A stretch of 64,000 nt of DNA from the human T2T-CHM13v2.0 reference genome, Homo sapiens. A program made the position numbers and the translations under genes. The notes below the pieces were generated by a model, which was not told the origin of the DNA, searched no databases, and saw only the letters and a program-made list of their open reading frames with translations. Location: NCBI RefSeq assembly GCF_009914755.1, contig NC_060932.1; one strand, written 5' to 3'. Below are positions 12,432-25,103 of the stretch, piece by piece. Numbering within the stretch: the first letter of the stretch is position 1; each line of letters starts with the position of its first letter.

Positions 12432-14730
12432 ACTTTAATCTATGATGGATCACTTCATAGTCATTCCTATTGGTAGCTATGAAGGAAAATGACCCATTTC
12501 TTTGGATCCGTGCTAAAATTTTATAAAATCTTTTGAGTTTTTGGAAGAAATATACTTTATTTGTATGAATCCATTTATAAGCTTCTCAGTATCTGAAAAT
12601 TTTTCTTCAAAGATGTTGATAGACTAATGCTTGACTTTTCTACAAAAAAGCCATTGGATCTCTCTGGCATCTTTGCTTTTGAACTAATCATGCCAAAATA
12701 TGATTTGCCTATAAGCATGTGAGCTGTTTTGTTTTAATAATATTTTAGCCGTGGCTGAGCCACTGTGGATTTGAAAGAAACAGGCCAAATACTTGCTGCA
12801 GAATGGGCCTTGCAATTCTTTCCTTTGGGTGTGAAATGGTTCTCTTTTAAAAGAATTTGCAGTAAATCAGATTTGCTAGTCATTTTACATTCCCAAGAAC
12901 AACAAGATTGAGTGAGGGAAAGTGGATAGAAATAGCATTTCAGGAACACCAATGTTCAGGGCTTAGATGGTGCAAGGAGGGGAGTTTGGCTGGGACATTT
13001 GCTATTTCCATTGCTGTGAATCAATTCTTTGGAACCTTGTGGAGTTCAGCACGATGAAGCCGCAATGCTGCCGAAGGCTGAAAACAGCAGTGGCTCTATG
13101 CTGCTATCTGGTGGTATACTGCTGCATTGCCTCCCCCAGTAAGTCCTAATCTCCAGCTCATGGGCTCTTGGCTGGCCCCTGTGGACCAAAGAGAAAAACT
13201 GGGAAGTTTGGGTTGTTTGTTCATTATGTGCCACAGAAGTTTCCCCCTTCTTTTGGTGTCCTTTTCTCTCCTCCTCTGTGGAATATGTATCCACTTCCCT
13301 TCAGATAACTTGGTGCCTTTTGTATCGTCTTTCCTTTCCCAAACAACCACAGCAAACAACAACAACAAAAATAAAAAACAAACAGAAAAACAAGAAAATG
13401 ACTAATATTTATTGAATCCTCCTAGCTGCCAGACTCACTGAGTGCTTTCTAAATATTATTTTCTTCAATCCTGGACACAGACACATGGGGGAAGAGAGAA
13501 TTATTTTTCCATTTTATGTAGTTAACAATAATTGAGCCAATGTTGATCACTGGCTGGTCTGTCTAGAGCTTGAATTCCCAATCACTACATTGCCTTTGGA
13601 CCTCCGTGTGACACTGAAGAATATATGGTCGATCCCGTGGAAATTTTGTTTGGTCTCACTTCTAATTGTGGAATGAAAATTTATCTCTTATGTCAAGCTT
13701 TAGTGAGCAGGTTGCAAAAATATTTTGGGATATCTGGGGCCCTCAACCAGTGACCCTTAAAATCTGCCTATAAAGGCAGTCACTTTTCTGAGGTGGCTGA
13801 TAAATCTAGAAAAATTGGAGTGACTTAGTAATTGTAAAAGTCAAATGAGAATGCACATGAATGAGATTTGGATGTTCTGCACCAAAATTAATTATTACTA
13901 TGCAATAATTTTGCTATATTCCTAGTTAATGTTCACACATGACCAATTTAACATATCCAGTGGAGGGGTAAGTATTGTTTTCATGATGCATTTGAGTTGG
14001 GTACAACTTCTCTGATTTGAAAAATTTAGAACTCTGTATCATTGATTTTAAAGTGAGGCTATTTCTAGAACATGCAATAAAAATTACATATTTTATTTCT
14101 TAGCATATAATCTAACTAAAAGTAATAGCCAACCAGCAAACCAATATCTAACCAATCAAATACGAATTCTTATGAAACTTATGAATATAGTGTTGTACTA
14201 GTCACTGTATTTCCAAGACTTTTTTTCTGATCTTTTTTATAAATAGACAACACATTTATAATTAAAATGTAGACTTTAAGCTTATGGCAAGTGGTAGGTG
14301 TTCCATCAGTACTCCCTTCTGTGGCCCCACCTAAGCCCTGAGCACTGGCATTCCTGAAACTCCATTTCCTTCCACTTTCTTTCATTCCCCCTTTTAGATT
14401 TGTGAAGATTCCAGAGTCAGATCCCAAGCTGCATGCACTCTATAGACGCAGCCATGTCTGGAGAGATATAGAAGACCTCCCAAAGATGAACTAACATGAA
14501 ATGCTAGAGAGGGCATGGGAAGTAATTTTCTTTAAGATGCCTGACATACCTACAAACTTTATTTCAATGACCAGCTTCAGAATAAGATGGGAGATCATGG
14601 CAAAGTTGGTCTGGTAAGGTAGCATTGCTCCAAATATGCCATAGCATGCTATGTCCCATGTCTAGCTCTGGGATGAACTGAGGCTGTGACACACATGAGG
14701 CCACAGCCTCCACATCTCAGTGAGCCACTG

Positions 14731-14950
14731 AACACAGCCAACAGGGTTGGGTGGCGTCCATATCCAAGTAGGGCACCAACAAGGGTTGGGGGCAGTGTCT
14801 TCACTTGGCCAAATAACAGTGAGGGCACGATGGAGAACACAGCCAACAGGGTTGGGTGGGGTCCATATCCAAGTAGGGCACCAACAAGGGTTGGGGGCAC
14901 TGTCTTCACTTGGCCAAACAACGGTAAGGGCACGATGGAGAACACAGCCA
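14731..14950. repeat. 105-bp tandem duplication (2.1 copies)
   Basis: AACACAGCCA recurs at 14731, 14836 and 14941; 5 mismatches between the units. Confidence 0.95.
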
Positions 14951-14959
14951 AGGCTCTGA

Positions 14960-15340
14960 GTCACATACTGGAGTCTGGCTACTCCAAAAGCCATTTCCAA
15001 TTTCCTTTCCCGCCCTCTACTCGGGGGCTGGAAAGCTCACACACTAACTTTTCCAGATGCTCTTACAAACAGAGGTTGCCAGGTGAGCTAGTTCTGGACA
15101 ACAAGATAGAAGTGGAAGCTATTAGATTGAGCTACCAGTGAAGTTTTTGAAAAAAGGCAACTTTGGCTGGAATGCTTCCTTCAGCACTTTGCCCTTCCTT
15201 CTTTTTCCTTCCTTCTCAGAATCAGCCCTGGACACCTATGACTAGACTTCTTTTTGAATGGATAAACAAACACCTATTTTGTTTAAGCCTCTTTAGTATG
15301 AATTTCTGCTACTTGCCACTGAATGCATTTCTAACTCATG
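14960..15340 (+). mobile_element. Degraded MLT1-type (ERVL-MaLR) LTR
   Basis: MLT1-like 3' end CCTATTTTGTTTAAGCCTCT...TGAATGCATTTCTAACT. Confidence 0.5.
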
Positions 15341-15684
15341 AAAGCTCTGAGAAACCTAAGTGTTTGCTGATGAGCACTGGGGTGGTGTTGGTACTAGCTG
15401 GACCAACACTTTGGGGAATGGGAGCCAGAGATTCAGGAGGAAACACTGGGAGTCGCAGGGGGAAGAACTGAAGGAGGCCAAGTGGTAGTCACCAGAAGCG
15501 CCATAATTAGAAACTTTAGTAGGTTTAGGAGGGATGGAATTCCTAATTTCTGCAAGTGGAGTGGGAGGCTGAACCAGAGATTTACACGCTGGGTTTTTGT
15601 TGTTGTTGGGATTCCTTTGTACTCATCAGCTGGTATAGCCTGAGGGAACTTGGGTTGCAAATTTTTTGATGTTCACATTTATGA

Positions 15685-16003
<319 letters not shown>

Positions 16004-16052
16004 AGCTCATTTCTTTCCAAGAATCCACTATGTGCTTAACAGTTCACTAGAT

Positions 16053-16270
16053 CAGGGTTTGGCAAACTTTTTCTATAAAAGTCTAGATAGTAAATATTTT
16101 GGGCTCTGCTGGCCATTCAGTCTCTGCCTCAACCACTCCATGCTGTCATTGTTGCATGAAAGCAACCACAGACAATAGCTACAGAAAGAAGGATGGCTGT
16201 ATTCCAATAAAAGGTTACAAAAACAGCCCGCATCCTGGATTTGGTGTGAGAACTATTTGCCAATCCTTTG
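16053..16270 (+). mobile_element. MER58A-like hAT MITE
   Basis: CAGGGTTTGGCAAACTTTTTCT...GATAGTAAATATTTT...TTTGCCAATCCTTTG. Confidence 0.8.
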
Positions 16271-16315
16271 CTCCAGATCTTATAGTGGCACCACCACCAA
16301 CAACAAAAAAGTTAG

Positions 16316-16589
16316 GGTTGGGTGTGGTGGCTCACACCTGTAATCCCAGCACTTTAGGAAGCTGAGGTAGGAAGATCGCTTGAGACTAGAAGTTTGAAAC
16401 CAGCCTGGGTAACATAGTGAGACCTCATCTCTAGAAAGTAAAAATAAAACATTAGCTGGATGTGGTGGTGCCCACCTATAGTCCCAGCTACTTGAGAGGC
16501 TGACAAAGGATTCGAGGCAGCAGTGAACTATGATCACACCACTGCATTTCAGTCTGGGTAACAGAGTGAGACTCTGTCTCAAAAAAAAA
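16316..16589 (+). mobile_element. AluJ
   Basis: Diverged Alu with J-type motifs; TSD AAAAAAGTTAG. Confidence 0.88.
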
Positions 16590-16617
16590 GTTAGGTTTTT
16601 GTTTTAAGTTAGATATA

Positions 16618-16887
16618 CAGTTGACTCTTGAATCACATGGGTTTTAACCACAAGGACCTACTTATATATGGATTTTTTTTCAATAAATAAAGTTGGCCCT
16701 CCTTATCAGTGAGTTGCGCATCCACAACCAAACATTGTGGATGGAAAATACAGTATTTCTGGGATCTGAAACCTACATATAGATACTTTATGTACTTAAG
16801 TCCCACCTTGGGACTTGAATATGTGCATATTTTGGTATCTTTGGGCAGTTCTGGAACCAATCCCTTATGAATACTAAGGGATGGCTG
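16618..16887 (+). mobile_element. TcMar-Tigger MITE (MER2B-like)
   Basis: TA|CAGTTGACTCTTGAA start; GGAACCAATCCC...AGGGATGGCTG end. Confidence 0.7.
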
Positions 16888-17067
16888 TGTATATCCCTTT
16901 AAATCATGTTTACCTTGTTCCTTTCACAGCAAAATTCCTTTGTCACCACACAGTTTTTCTTAGGATTTTCCCAGTAGGAGTTGGATGATATGGTGCAGTT
17001 GGCTTTCTGATGCATGATCCTCCCACAGCAGTGTTTCCAGAAGTATGTTCTATAGAACACTAGTTCC

Positions 17068-17134
17068 ATGGGATATCTCATGGGGCGGGGGGGGGAAGGG
17101 TATGGGATATCTCATGGGGGGGGGGGGGAAGGGT
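17068..17134. repeat. ~34-bp G-rich tandem duplication
   Basis: ATGGGATATCTCAT-G(13-14)-AAGGGT x2. Confidence 0.9.
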
Positions 17135-17174
17135 AAACACATTTGGAAAACAATGGGTTTAAAATGTCAAATTA

Positions 17175-17489
<315 letters not shown>

Positions 17490-17736
17490 TCATATGTTAC
17501 AACATTTATTCAGTTGCCCAATCTAGCAATTTGTGAGTTTATTTATTTTTCTCTTATGTCTGATCCATCTCCAAGTGCTATTGATTCCATCTCTTAAGCA
17601 TTTCTTCATTTGTCCCTTTCTCTCCATCCCTATTCCCCTAAATATCCCTATTTCAGGTTCTGGCTTCCCTTCACATTCAATCTTTTCTATCCTCAAACCC
17701 AAGCTGCCAGAATCCTATGTCGAACATGAAAATCTA

Positions 17737-17891
17737 GGCTGGGCATGATAGTGTGCACCTGTGGTGGCAGCTACTTGGGTGGCTGAGGTGAGAGGATTGC
17801 TTGAGCCCGGGAATTTGAGGCTGCAGTGAGCTATGGTTGTCCACTGCACTCCAGCTTGGGTGACAGAGCAAGACCCTGTGTCTTAAAAAAA
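17737..17891 (+). mobile_element. FRAM (free right Alu monomer)
   Basis: Single right-arm monomer with A tail. Confidence 0.8.
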
Positions 17892-18080
17892 TACGCAGAT
17901 CTAACCTTAGCACTCCCTTACTTTCAACCCATCAATGACTCCTTTCTGGCCAGGGCAGCATTTTCTACCCGGTGATCACTGGGATGTTAGATGTACCACA
18001 GGAAAATTCTGCATGAAACTTTGGATAAACACATTTAGACAGAGTTCTTTACCTTTTGGACTTCTTAACACATGAATGTA

Positions 18081-18165
18081 CATTTTGGCTGCTTTTTTTT
18101 TTTCTGCTCCTCATGGAGCAGAGCTACCCCACAGGCAGTGTGCCCAGAGTAGCCCCATTTTGGCT
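18081..18165 (-). mobile_element. Tiny (~52 nt + A11) retro-insertion with TSD; double-hairpin RNA resembling a MER41-type LTR R region
   Basis: CATTTTGGCT at 18081-18090 and 18156-18165; minus strand reads GGGCTACTCTGGGCACACTGCCTGTGGGGTAGCTCTGCTCCATGAGGAGCAG-A11. Confidence 0.82.
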
Positions 18166-18439
18166 CTTTAAGAGAGGATACCAGATGCAGCATTTCTCAA
18201 ACCCAACTGAACATGCAGAATTCCTTTTTCATGGGGCACTGTGAGGAATTAGCATTTCAATGGAAACTCTTTGAGAAACATTACCTTGTGTATATTGCAA
18301 AGAGTTCCAATTAATGGGGATTCACTCAACTCTATCTCCCCAATGTAAGAATTAGAGTGTCTACTTTGATGTTGCCTACTGTACTTTTCTTGGCTAGATT
18401 GTCTACTTTTTCCTTATTAAGCAGCCTGGACAAGTGCAA

Positions 18440-18665
18440 AACAATATTAGAGGTTTAAGAATCAAAGAGGTTAGCCTTAGAATTTCAACCATTTACTAAA
18501 TGTAAGAACTTGGGTAAGTTTCTTCAGTTTCTTTGAGTCTCTTACTTTATCATTAAATTCAGTGTAAAACCTGCCTCATATGGTTACTTGAGTAAATGAT
18601 ACACCATATAGAAAGTGAAAAGCTGAGTGACTGGCATATAGAAAGTGCTCAATAAATGTCATTTC
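18440..18665 (+). mobile_element. MIR
   Basis: AACTTGGGTAAGTTTCTT...GAAAGTGCTCAATAAATG. Confidence 0.55.
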
Positions 18666-19823
18666 TGCTATGTTTGGACTTTCAGGGGAGATCAGCTTGA
18701 ATGCCACGGAGCCAAAGTCTGTGTGTTTGGCTCAGCCCCTAGGTGAATAATAACTGAGTCTCTGTGTACAAGGAAGGATCTTGACAAAATATCTCATGCA
18801 ACTTAAAGAGAGTATTGTCCATGCTGTGCCCTTAGGAACTAAAGTGTGTTTTAAGTGGCATTCTTTATTTGTCTGTTCAGACTGACAACTCATTTGTCTG
18901 ATCTGGTGATTTCATCTGCTTTCCTGTGTCTACGGCAGTGCCAATCATGCCTTTTTGCCAAAGCCGCCTCCTCGGCATTTGTTAATAATTGCACCTTGTT
19001 TGCATTTTGCATTAAATAATGTGAACACACCTTGTCCTCACTTTGTGTGAAAATGTTTTCCTCGCATTAACAAAACTTTTCCTGAATTTATTAACAAAAC
19101 AAGTGGTAGTTTTGTTTGTTAATAAATAATAGTCTGTACTTTGGAGATGTAGTATTCACTAGCTTTTATTTTTAAATTTTTAATTACAGATATTTAGACA
19201 AAGCACCTTACAAATTTTAAGAAAGATATGAACAAAGTGTGATGTATTTGCAAAGGGCATGAAATATTTATTGAAGAGACCTAAGGTTTTCTTAAACATT
19301 AATGCTTTAAAATAATCTGAAAAAAATACTTAATAAAATATGTGGTGGACAGAGCTAGAAATTAGATAGGGCAACTCCTAGAAACAATTTAAAAATGGGA
19401 AATTTCAGCTTTCACTGCTCTGTTATGCTCCATTTTCTCAGTAGATGGCACCCTTCCCCTACCTTCAGAGCTTTTATTTACACTAAGGTGTAAAGGGCTG
19501 ATAATCCATTACAACAGTTACTAAATCCTCTTTGGGAATTAGCTAATTAATTGTAGCCCTATACAGCACCTACAGTACCTTGCACAAACAATGAAATGCA
19601 TGGGTAAGTCAATATTTCAACTACAGTAAAGAGGTTTACTCCTGCATTTTACTTTAGTGTTTGCAAAATTTGATTCTTCTATCCCTTGATGACTTGCAGC
19701 CACATTCCTAAATATTCTCTTCTTTCCAACATGCTGACTTACTAGATCTCTTACTCTAGGCAGATGACCCATCTACTATTTTATCAAGAAGATCAAGCCT
19801 TCACTTTTTCATTCATTCATTCA

Positions 19824-19875
19824 TTAGGTTGGTGCAAAAGCAATTGCAGTTTTGCTATTAAAAGTAATGGCAGAA
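19824..19875. mobile_element. Truncated MADE1 (mariner MITE) within an L2 tail
   Basis: TTAGGTTGGTGCAAAAGCAATTGCAGTTTTGCTATTAAAAGTAATGGCA; one TIR plus loop only. Confidence 0.85.
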
Positions 19876-20046
19876 TAATAATAATCAGTCAACAATCATT
19901 CAATCAGTACCTACTGTGTGCTAGGCTTTGTTAAGCTCAAAGGATGTAAAGATGCATGAGTTATGGTCTTTGCCTTTAAAGAGCTCTGAACTTGTTTGGA
20001 GGAAACAGAAACATAACTAGTAGACTATTAAGAAGATACCATTCTC

Positions 20047-20344
<298 letters not shown>

Positions 20345-20359
20345 AGAAGATACCGTTCT

Positions 20360-21625
20360 GTCCATAGTCCATAGTTTGCTGAGTTTCTTTGATATTTTAT
20401 TGTAATTAGATACTTTTTCTGCATATATTGAGACAACCATACATCCTTTAAATTTGCTTTCCTAGAAACTTTAAGTTAGTCTTGATTGATTCCTCTTCCT
20501 CTTCCCTTTCCCCTTCCCCTTCCCTTTCCCCTTCCCCTTCCCCTTCCTGCTCCTCCTCCTCCTCCTCCTCCTCTTCTTCTTCTTCTTCCTCTTCCTCTTC
20601 CTCTTCCTCTTCTTCTTCTTCTTCTTCTTCTTCTTCTTCTTCTTCTTCTTCTTCTTCTTTGTATTGCTGGATGCAGTTTGCCATCATTTTATTTAGGATT
20701 TTTGCATCTATGCTAATCAGCAATAATGGCCTATAATTTTCCTTTTTCAGAATGTACTTGTCAGTTTTGTTATAAAAGTTATGTTAACCTCAAGAAATGA
20801 GTTGTGGAATCTTCTTTTCTTTTATATTTCTTAAATGATTAGTCAAACTCACCTGTAAAACCATGTGTGCCTAATGTTTGCTTTATGGGAAAATTTTTAG
20901 CTAGTTTATTTTCCTTAAGGGTTATAGGTACATTTAAGGTTTCCATTTCATCTTGAAGTACTGTTTGGCAGGTTATATTTTCCTAATCGTTTGGCTGTCT
21001 CATCTAAGTTTTCAAGTTTATTGACATAAGGTTGCTCAAAATATTCTCTGAGTAATTTTTAAGTCTTTGCAGGATCTGGCAGTTACATTCCACTTTTTAT
21101 TAGACTTTCTGAATAACCAACTCCTGATATTTTTTATCATCTCAATTTTAGGTTTTCTATTTCTTGAATTTCTGCTCTTATCCTTATAATTTTCTTCCTT
21201 TTGCTGTTTTTATGTTTATTCTATAAATTATTTTCTAACTTGGTAAGTTAGATAATTATCTTATCAATTTTTATTTAATCTCTTTTCTATTATAATTACT
21301 GATGTCTATGCATTTCCATCCAGGACTTTCTTTGGATACATATATAGGTTGCAATCTTTATATTTTAATTAATGTTCCGGTATAGGTAGTTTCCTATTCC
21401 TATTATAATTGTCTTTGACCAGCATATTATTTATAAATATGTTTTGTAATTTTCAAACAAAGTTTACCTTGCAATCTTTTTGTTATTATCTCTAACTTAA
21501 TTACCCTTGGTTTGAGCATATGATTTGTATAAGACCCAGTCTTTTGAAATACATTGAATCTTAAATTTATGGTCTAGCTAGTGGAACATTTTCAGAAATG
21601 TTTCATGATACTCAAAATTAATCTA
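20360..21625 (-). mobile_element. Ancient L1M ORF2 relic (resumes at ~27020-27270)
   Basis: Minus translation [17 protein letters not shown] resembles ORF2 [19 protein letters not shown]. Confidence 0.7.
20490..20660. repeat. Compound polypyrimidine microsatellite (CCCTT[C/T])n-(TCC)n-(TTC)n
   Basis: ~170 bp of pyrimidines with a single G. Confidence 0.97.
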
Positions 21626-22834
21626 TGTTCCCCAGCCTCTAAGGTAAGTCCCAATAATCCCCAACTCTTGTATTCATACCTTTGTGTAATCCCTTCCCCT
21701 TAAGTGTGAGCTGGACTTAGTGACTTACTTCTATGAGTATGAATATGGCAATATGGCAAAACAGCACCTCATTTCAATATTAGCTCATGAATAGACTGAA
21801 GGACTTCTGCTTCTGGCAAGACAACGTGAGGAGCTCTGTAGAGCAACTTCCCAGTGAAATGAATGGAAATTATAATAAAAACTCTAACTAAAGTCTCTAA
21901 AAATGATCCTAAGGATATACTACAACTGAAGAAACATTTATCCAATAAAAATCACTAAAACTTGCTGAGAACAGTGAGAGTCTGTAGCATGTGAAGCATG
22001 ACCCCTCCCACCCCCCGGCATCTGCCCCCCTGCATCTGCCACCTCAGCTCAGCGGATCTCTCTCCAGCCTATAGAGGAGATAAAATAGAGAATGGAAAAT
22101 AGAGACAAACAATGAGACCAAAAATTGAATCTTTGAAACTATCAACAAAATTGACAAACTGTTAGCTGAATTAACCAGGAAGAAAAGAGAGAAACCTCAA
22201 ATAATAAAATCAGAGAGGAAACAGGGGACATTACTACCAACTTTATAGAAATTGAAAGATTTATAAAGAAATGCTATAAACAATTGTATGCCCATAAAGT
22301 AGACAGCTTCATTGAAATGAATATATTCCTAGAAAGACACAAACTACTGAAACTGAATCAAGAAGAAACAGTGAATAGACTTTTAATAAAACTGAATTAG
22401 TAATCAAGAACTCCCATGAAAAAAAGCCCAGGCCCAGATGGCTTTACTGGTGGATTCTAACAAACACTTAAATAAGAATTAATATCAATTATTCACACAT
22501 TCTTCCAAAAAATAGAGGGGAAGAAAGTACTTCCCAATTCATTTTATGGGACCAATATTTCTTGATACCCAAACCAAAAATATCGTAAGAAAAGAAAACT
22601 ATAAACCAGTATCTCTTATGAATACAAATGCAAAAGTACTTAGTAAAATACTAGCAAACTAAATACAGAAACATATAAAAAGAATTACGCACCATGACCA
22701 AGTGGAGTTTATGCCAGAAATGCGTGATTGTTTAAACATGAATATCAGCAAGTGTTGTCCCCTATCAATAGAATAAAAAACAAAAAACCCATATGAGCAT
22801 TTCAATAGAATACTGAAAAGCATGTTACAATATT

Positions 22835-24376
22835 ACAGTATATGACAGCTTTATGTGTGTGCATATGCTCAAATAAAATTTAATGACACAAATCATTTTT
22901 GCTAAATCCAGTCCTTCTCTTTCTCCCCTAGGGCTATCCAGTCTCATCATAGAAGGTAGAATAAGATGGAACCACAGGGCCAGAGTGAGCCTCAACAACA
23001 CATACTTCACATACATGTTCACTTATTGCACCAGGTTTTTCTCAACCCAAAATACTGCTTTAGGTATTAGGCTGCCAAGGGAAGTGAAGGTTTGAGTCTG
23101 AACAGGTTCCAAAATGGATTGTGCAAAACCTCAGGCCTCCCTCCTTCCTCTGGAAGTTCCAACTGTGGAAGAAATGAAGATGGAACTTCTCAAGAATCAA
23201 CAGCTTCTAGCATGAATTCCCTACATATCCCCCAAGTATCCCTTCCCCTTTGGTCATGATTATAACTGGGATAATGATCATGACAGATCCCCTAGGTGTC
23301 TGTCAGAGGTATAGAGTAAGGTAGGTGGACTCGGGATGAGGATAGCTGCAGCTGTGTGGGGCTGAGGTTCTGTGGCATTGAGGTACTGGGGAAGTGGGGC
23401 TCTGTTTTCATTCTGACCTAGAGTCAATAAAGTGCTCTTGGAGGAAGCCAGAGCCCTGACTCTGTACTATAGAGAAAGGGCCAAGTCATTGAGTGCACCA
23501 CTACTTGACCCAGAGGTAGAAAGAATTTACTCTGGAGAGATTTGGTAGAGCTCCAAGAACAAGGAAGTTACATGTGGACAAAAGGAGGAAGAGATATCAA
23601 AATAATGAATAAATTCAAACAAAGCTGGAGGATAAGACCCCAGGACTGAATACGCTCTGAGAAAGGCCTGAGCAGAGGCCCCGAAGGAAGCACGTCAGGG
23701 AAGATACACTCATTATAGCCTAGGAAATTTTCAGTAGTTGGGAAACGAGGGGAGGAAGGCCTGGCTGTATCCCTAATTTCACAGGGTGGGAAAGAGGAAG
23801 ATGACTAGGATACTGCACAAAGGACCCGGCACTGAATTGTGGGAGCTAGAGGTTGCTTGGGGCAAAGTGAAAAGGCTTCTGACTCTTTCAAAAGGTGGCT
23901 GGCCAAGAGCATGATTAGGGACTCCAGTCACGGACATACTAGAGGTCCTTGGGTGCCTTGAGCCCTGAATGGGTCAGCAGCTCTCCATCCTAAAGAGCAA
24001 AGGCAGACATCACTGGACTCTGGAAATCTGTAGCATGTGGACCACAAAGACCCGGCTCCCATGCACCAGAATTGGCACCTCCCGGTAGCATGTGCCACTG
24101 GAGACCACAGTGTCCGCCAGCACCACTGCCCACTCCCAGAAGCGCTCCATATCCAGGGCCACCTTAGTGGGCTCCAGTCCCGTCAAGCCATATTTGACAC
24201 CTGTATCACTTCTGAAGCATGCCAGGGTGCTGTGGGCAACTTTTCCTTCCAGTTTGAAAAGATGCCTCTCCAGGCCTCTGTGGTGGCACCCCAGCCTCCT
24301 CAACTTCCTTTGGCTCCACAGCAACAGCACAAAGAACTGTGTGAAGGACAGTGTTGCCTTGTGGCATAGATGAACC
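22835..24376 (-). pseudogene. SPRYD4: Processed pseudogene of SPRYD4 (CDS relic ~24355-23939 plus ~1.1 kb probable 3' UTR)
   Basis: FKLEGKVAHSTLACFRSDTGVKYGLTGLEPTKVALDMERFWEWAVVLADT and AFAL*DGELLTHSGLKAPKDL* match the recalled SPRYD4 protein; intronless, start codon lost, frameshifts, internal stop, large deletion. Confidence 0.9.
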
Positions 24377-24970
24377 TACAACATTTTATGATAAAATACT
24401 CAATAAACTCCAAAAAGACGGAAATTTTCTTAACCTGATAGAGGGCATCTACAAACATCTCACTGTTAACATTGTACTTAATGGCAAAAGAATAGATAGT
24501 TTCCTCTGAGATTAGGAACAAGACAAGGATGCCCACTCTTACTGCTTCTATTAAGTATTGTACTAAAAGTTCTATCACGGACAATTAGGCAAGAAAATGG
24601 AATAAAAGTCACTAAAAAACCTATCAGAACTAATTTATAAATGAGTTCAGCAAGGTTGCAGTATAGAAGCTCAGCATATAAAAATCGGTTTATTTCTATA
24701 CACTAGCAATGAACAATCTCAAAATGAATTTAAGAAAAAATTTGCAATAGCATAAAAATAAATATTTAAGAACAAAGTTAACAAAAGAGTGCAACACTTG
24801 CACTAGGAAAGCTGCAAAATATTGTAGAAAAGAATTAAACTTCTTTATTTTCTTATAGTTTCTCTATCTCATGTTAACAGGTCAAAAAACTTAATATAGT
24901 TAAGATGGAAATACCTCTCAAGTTGAATTATAGATTCAATGCAATCCCTGTCAGAAACCCACTTGCATCT

Positions 24971-25103
24971 TTTTTTTTTTTTTGTAGAGACGGAGGTCTT
25001 GCTATGTTGCCCAGGCTAGTCTTGAACTCCTGGCCTCAAGTGATCCTCTCACCTCAGTCCCCCGAGTAGCTAGGATTACAGTAGTCCACCACCAATTCTG
25101 GCT
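24971..25103 (-). mobile_element. FLAM monomer nested in L1
   Basis: Left-arm monomer; TSD ACTTGCAT(T)CTTT. Confidence 0.82.

Noticed and set aside
14686-15141. 151-aa ORF with an internal 35-aa repeat
   Set aside because: Explained by the 105-bp DNA duplication and read-through into an LTR relic
20448-20736. Poly-Glu, poly-Ser and poly-Leu ORFs
   Set aside because: Translations of the microsatellite
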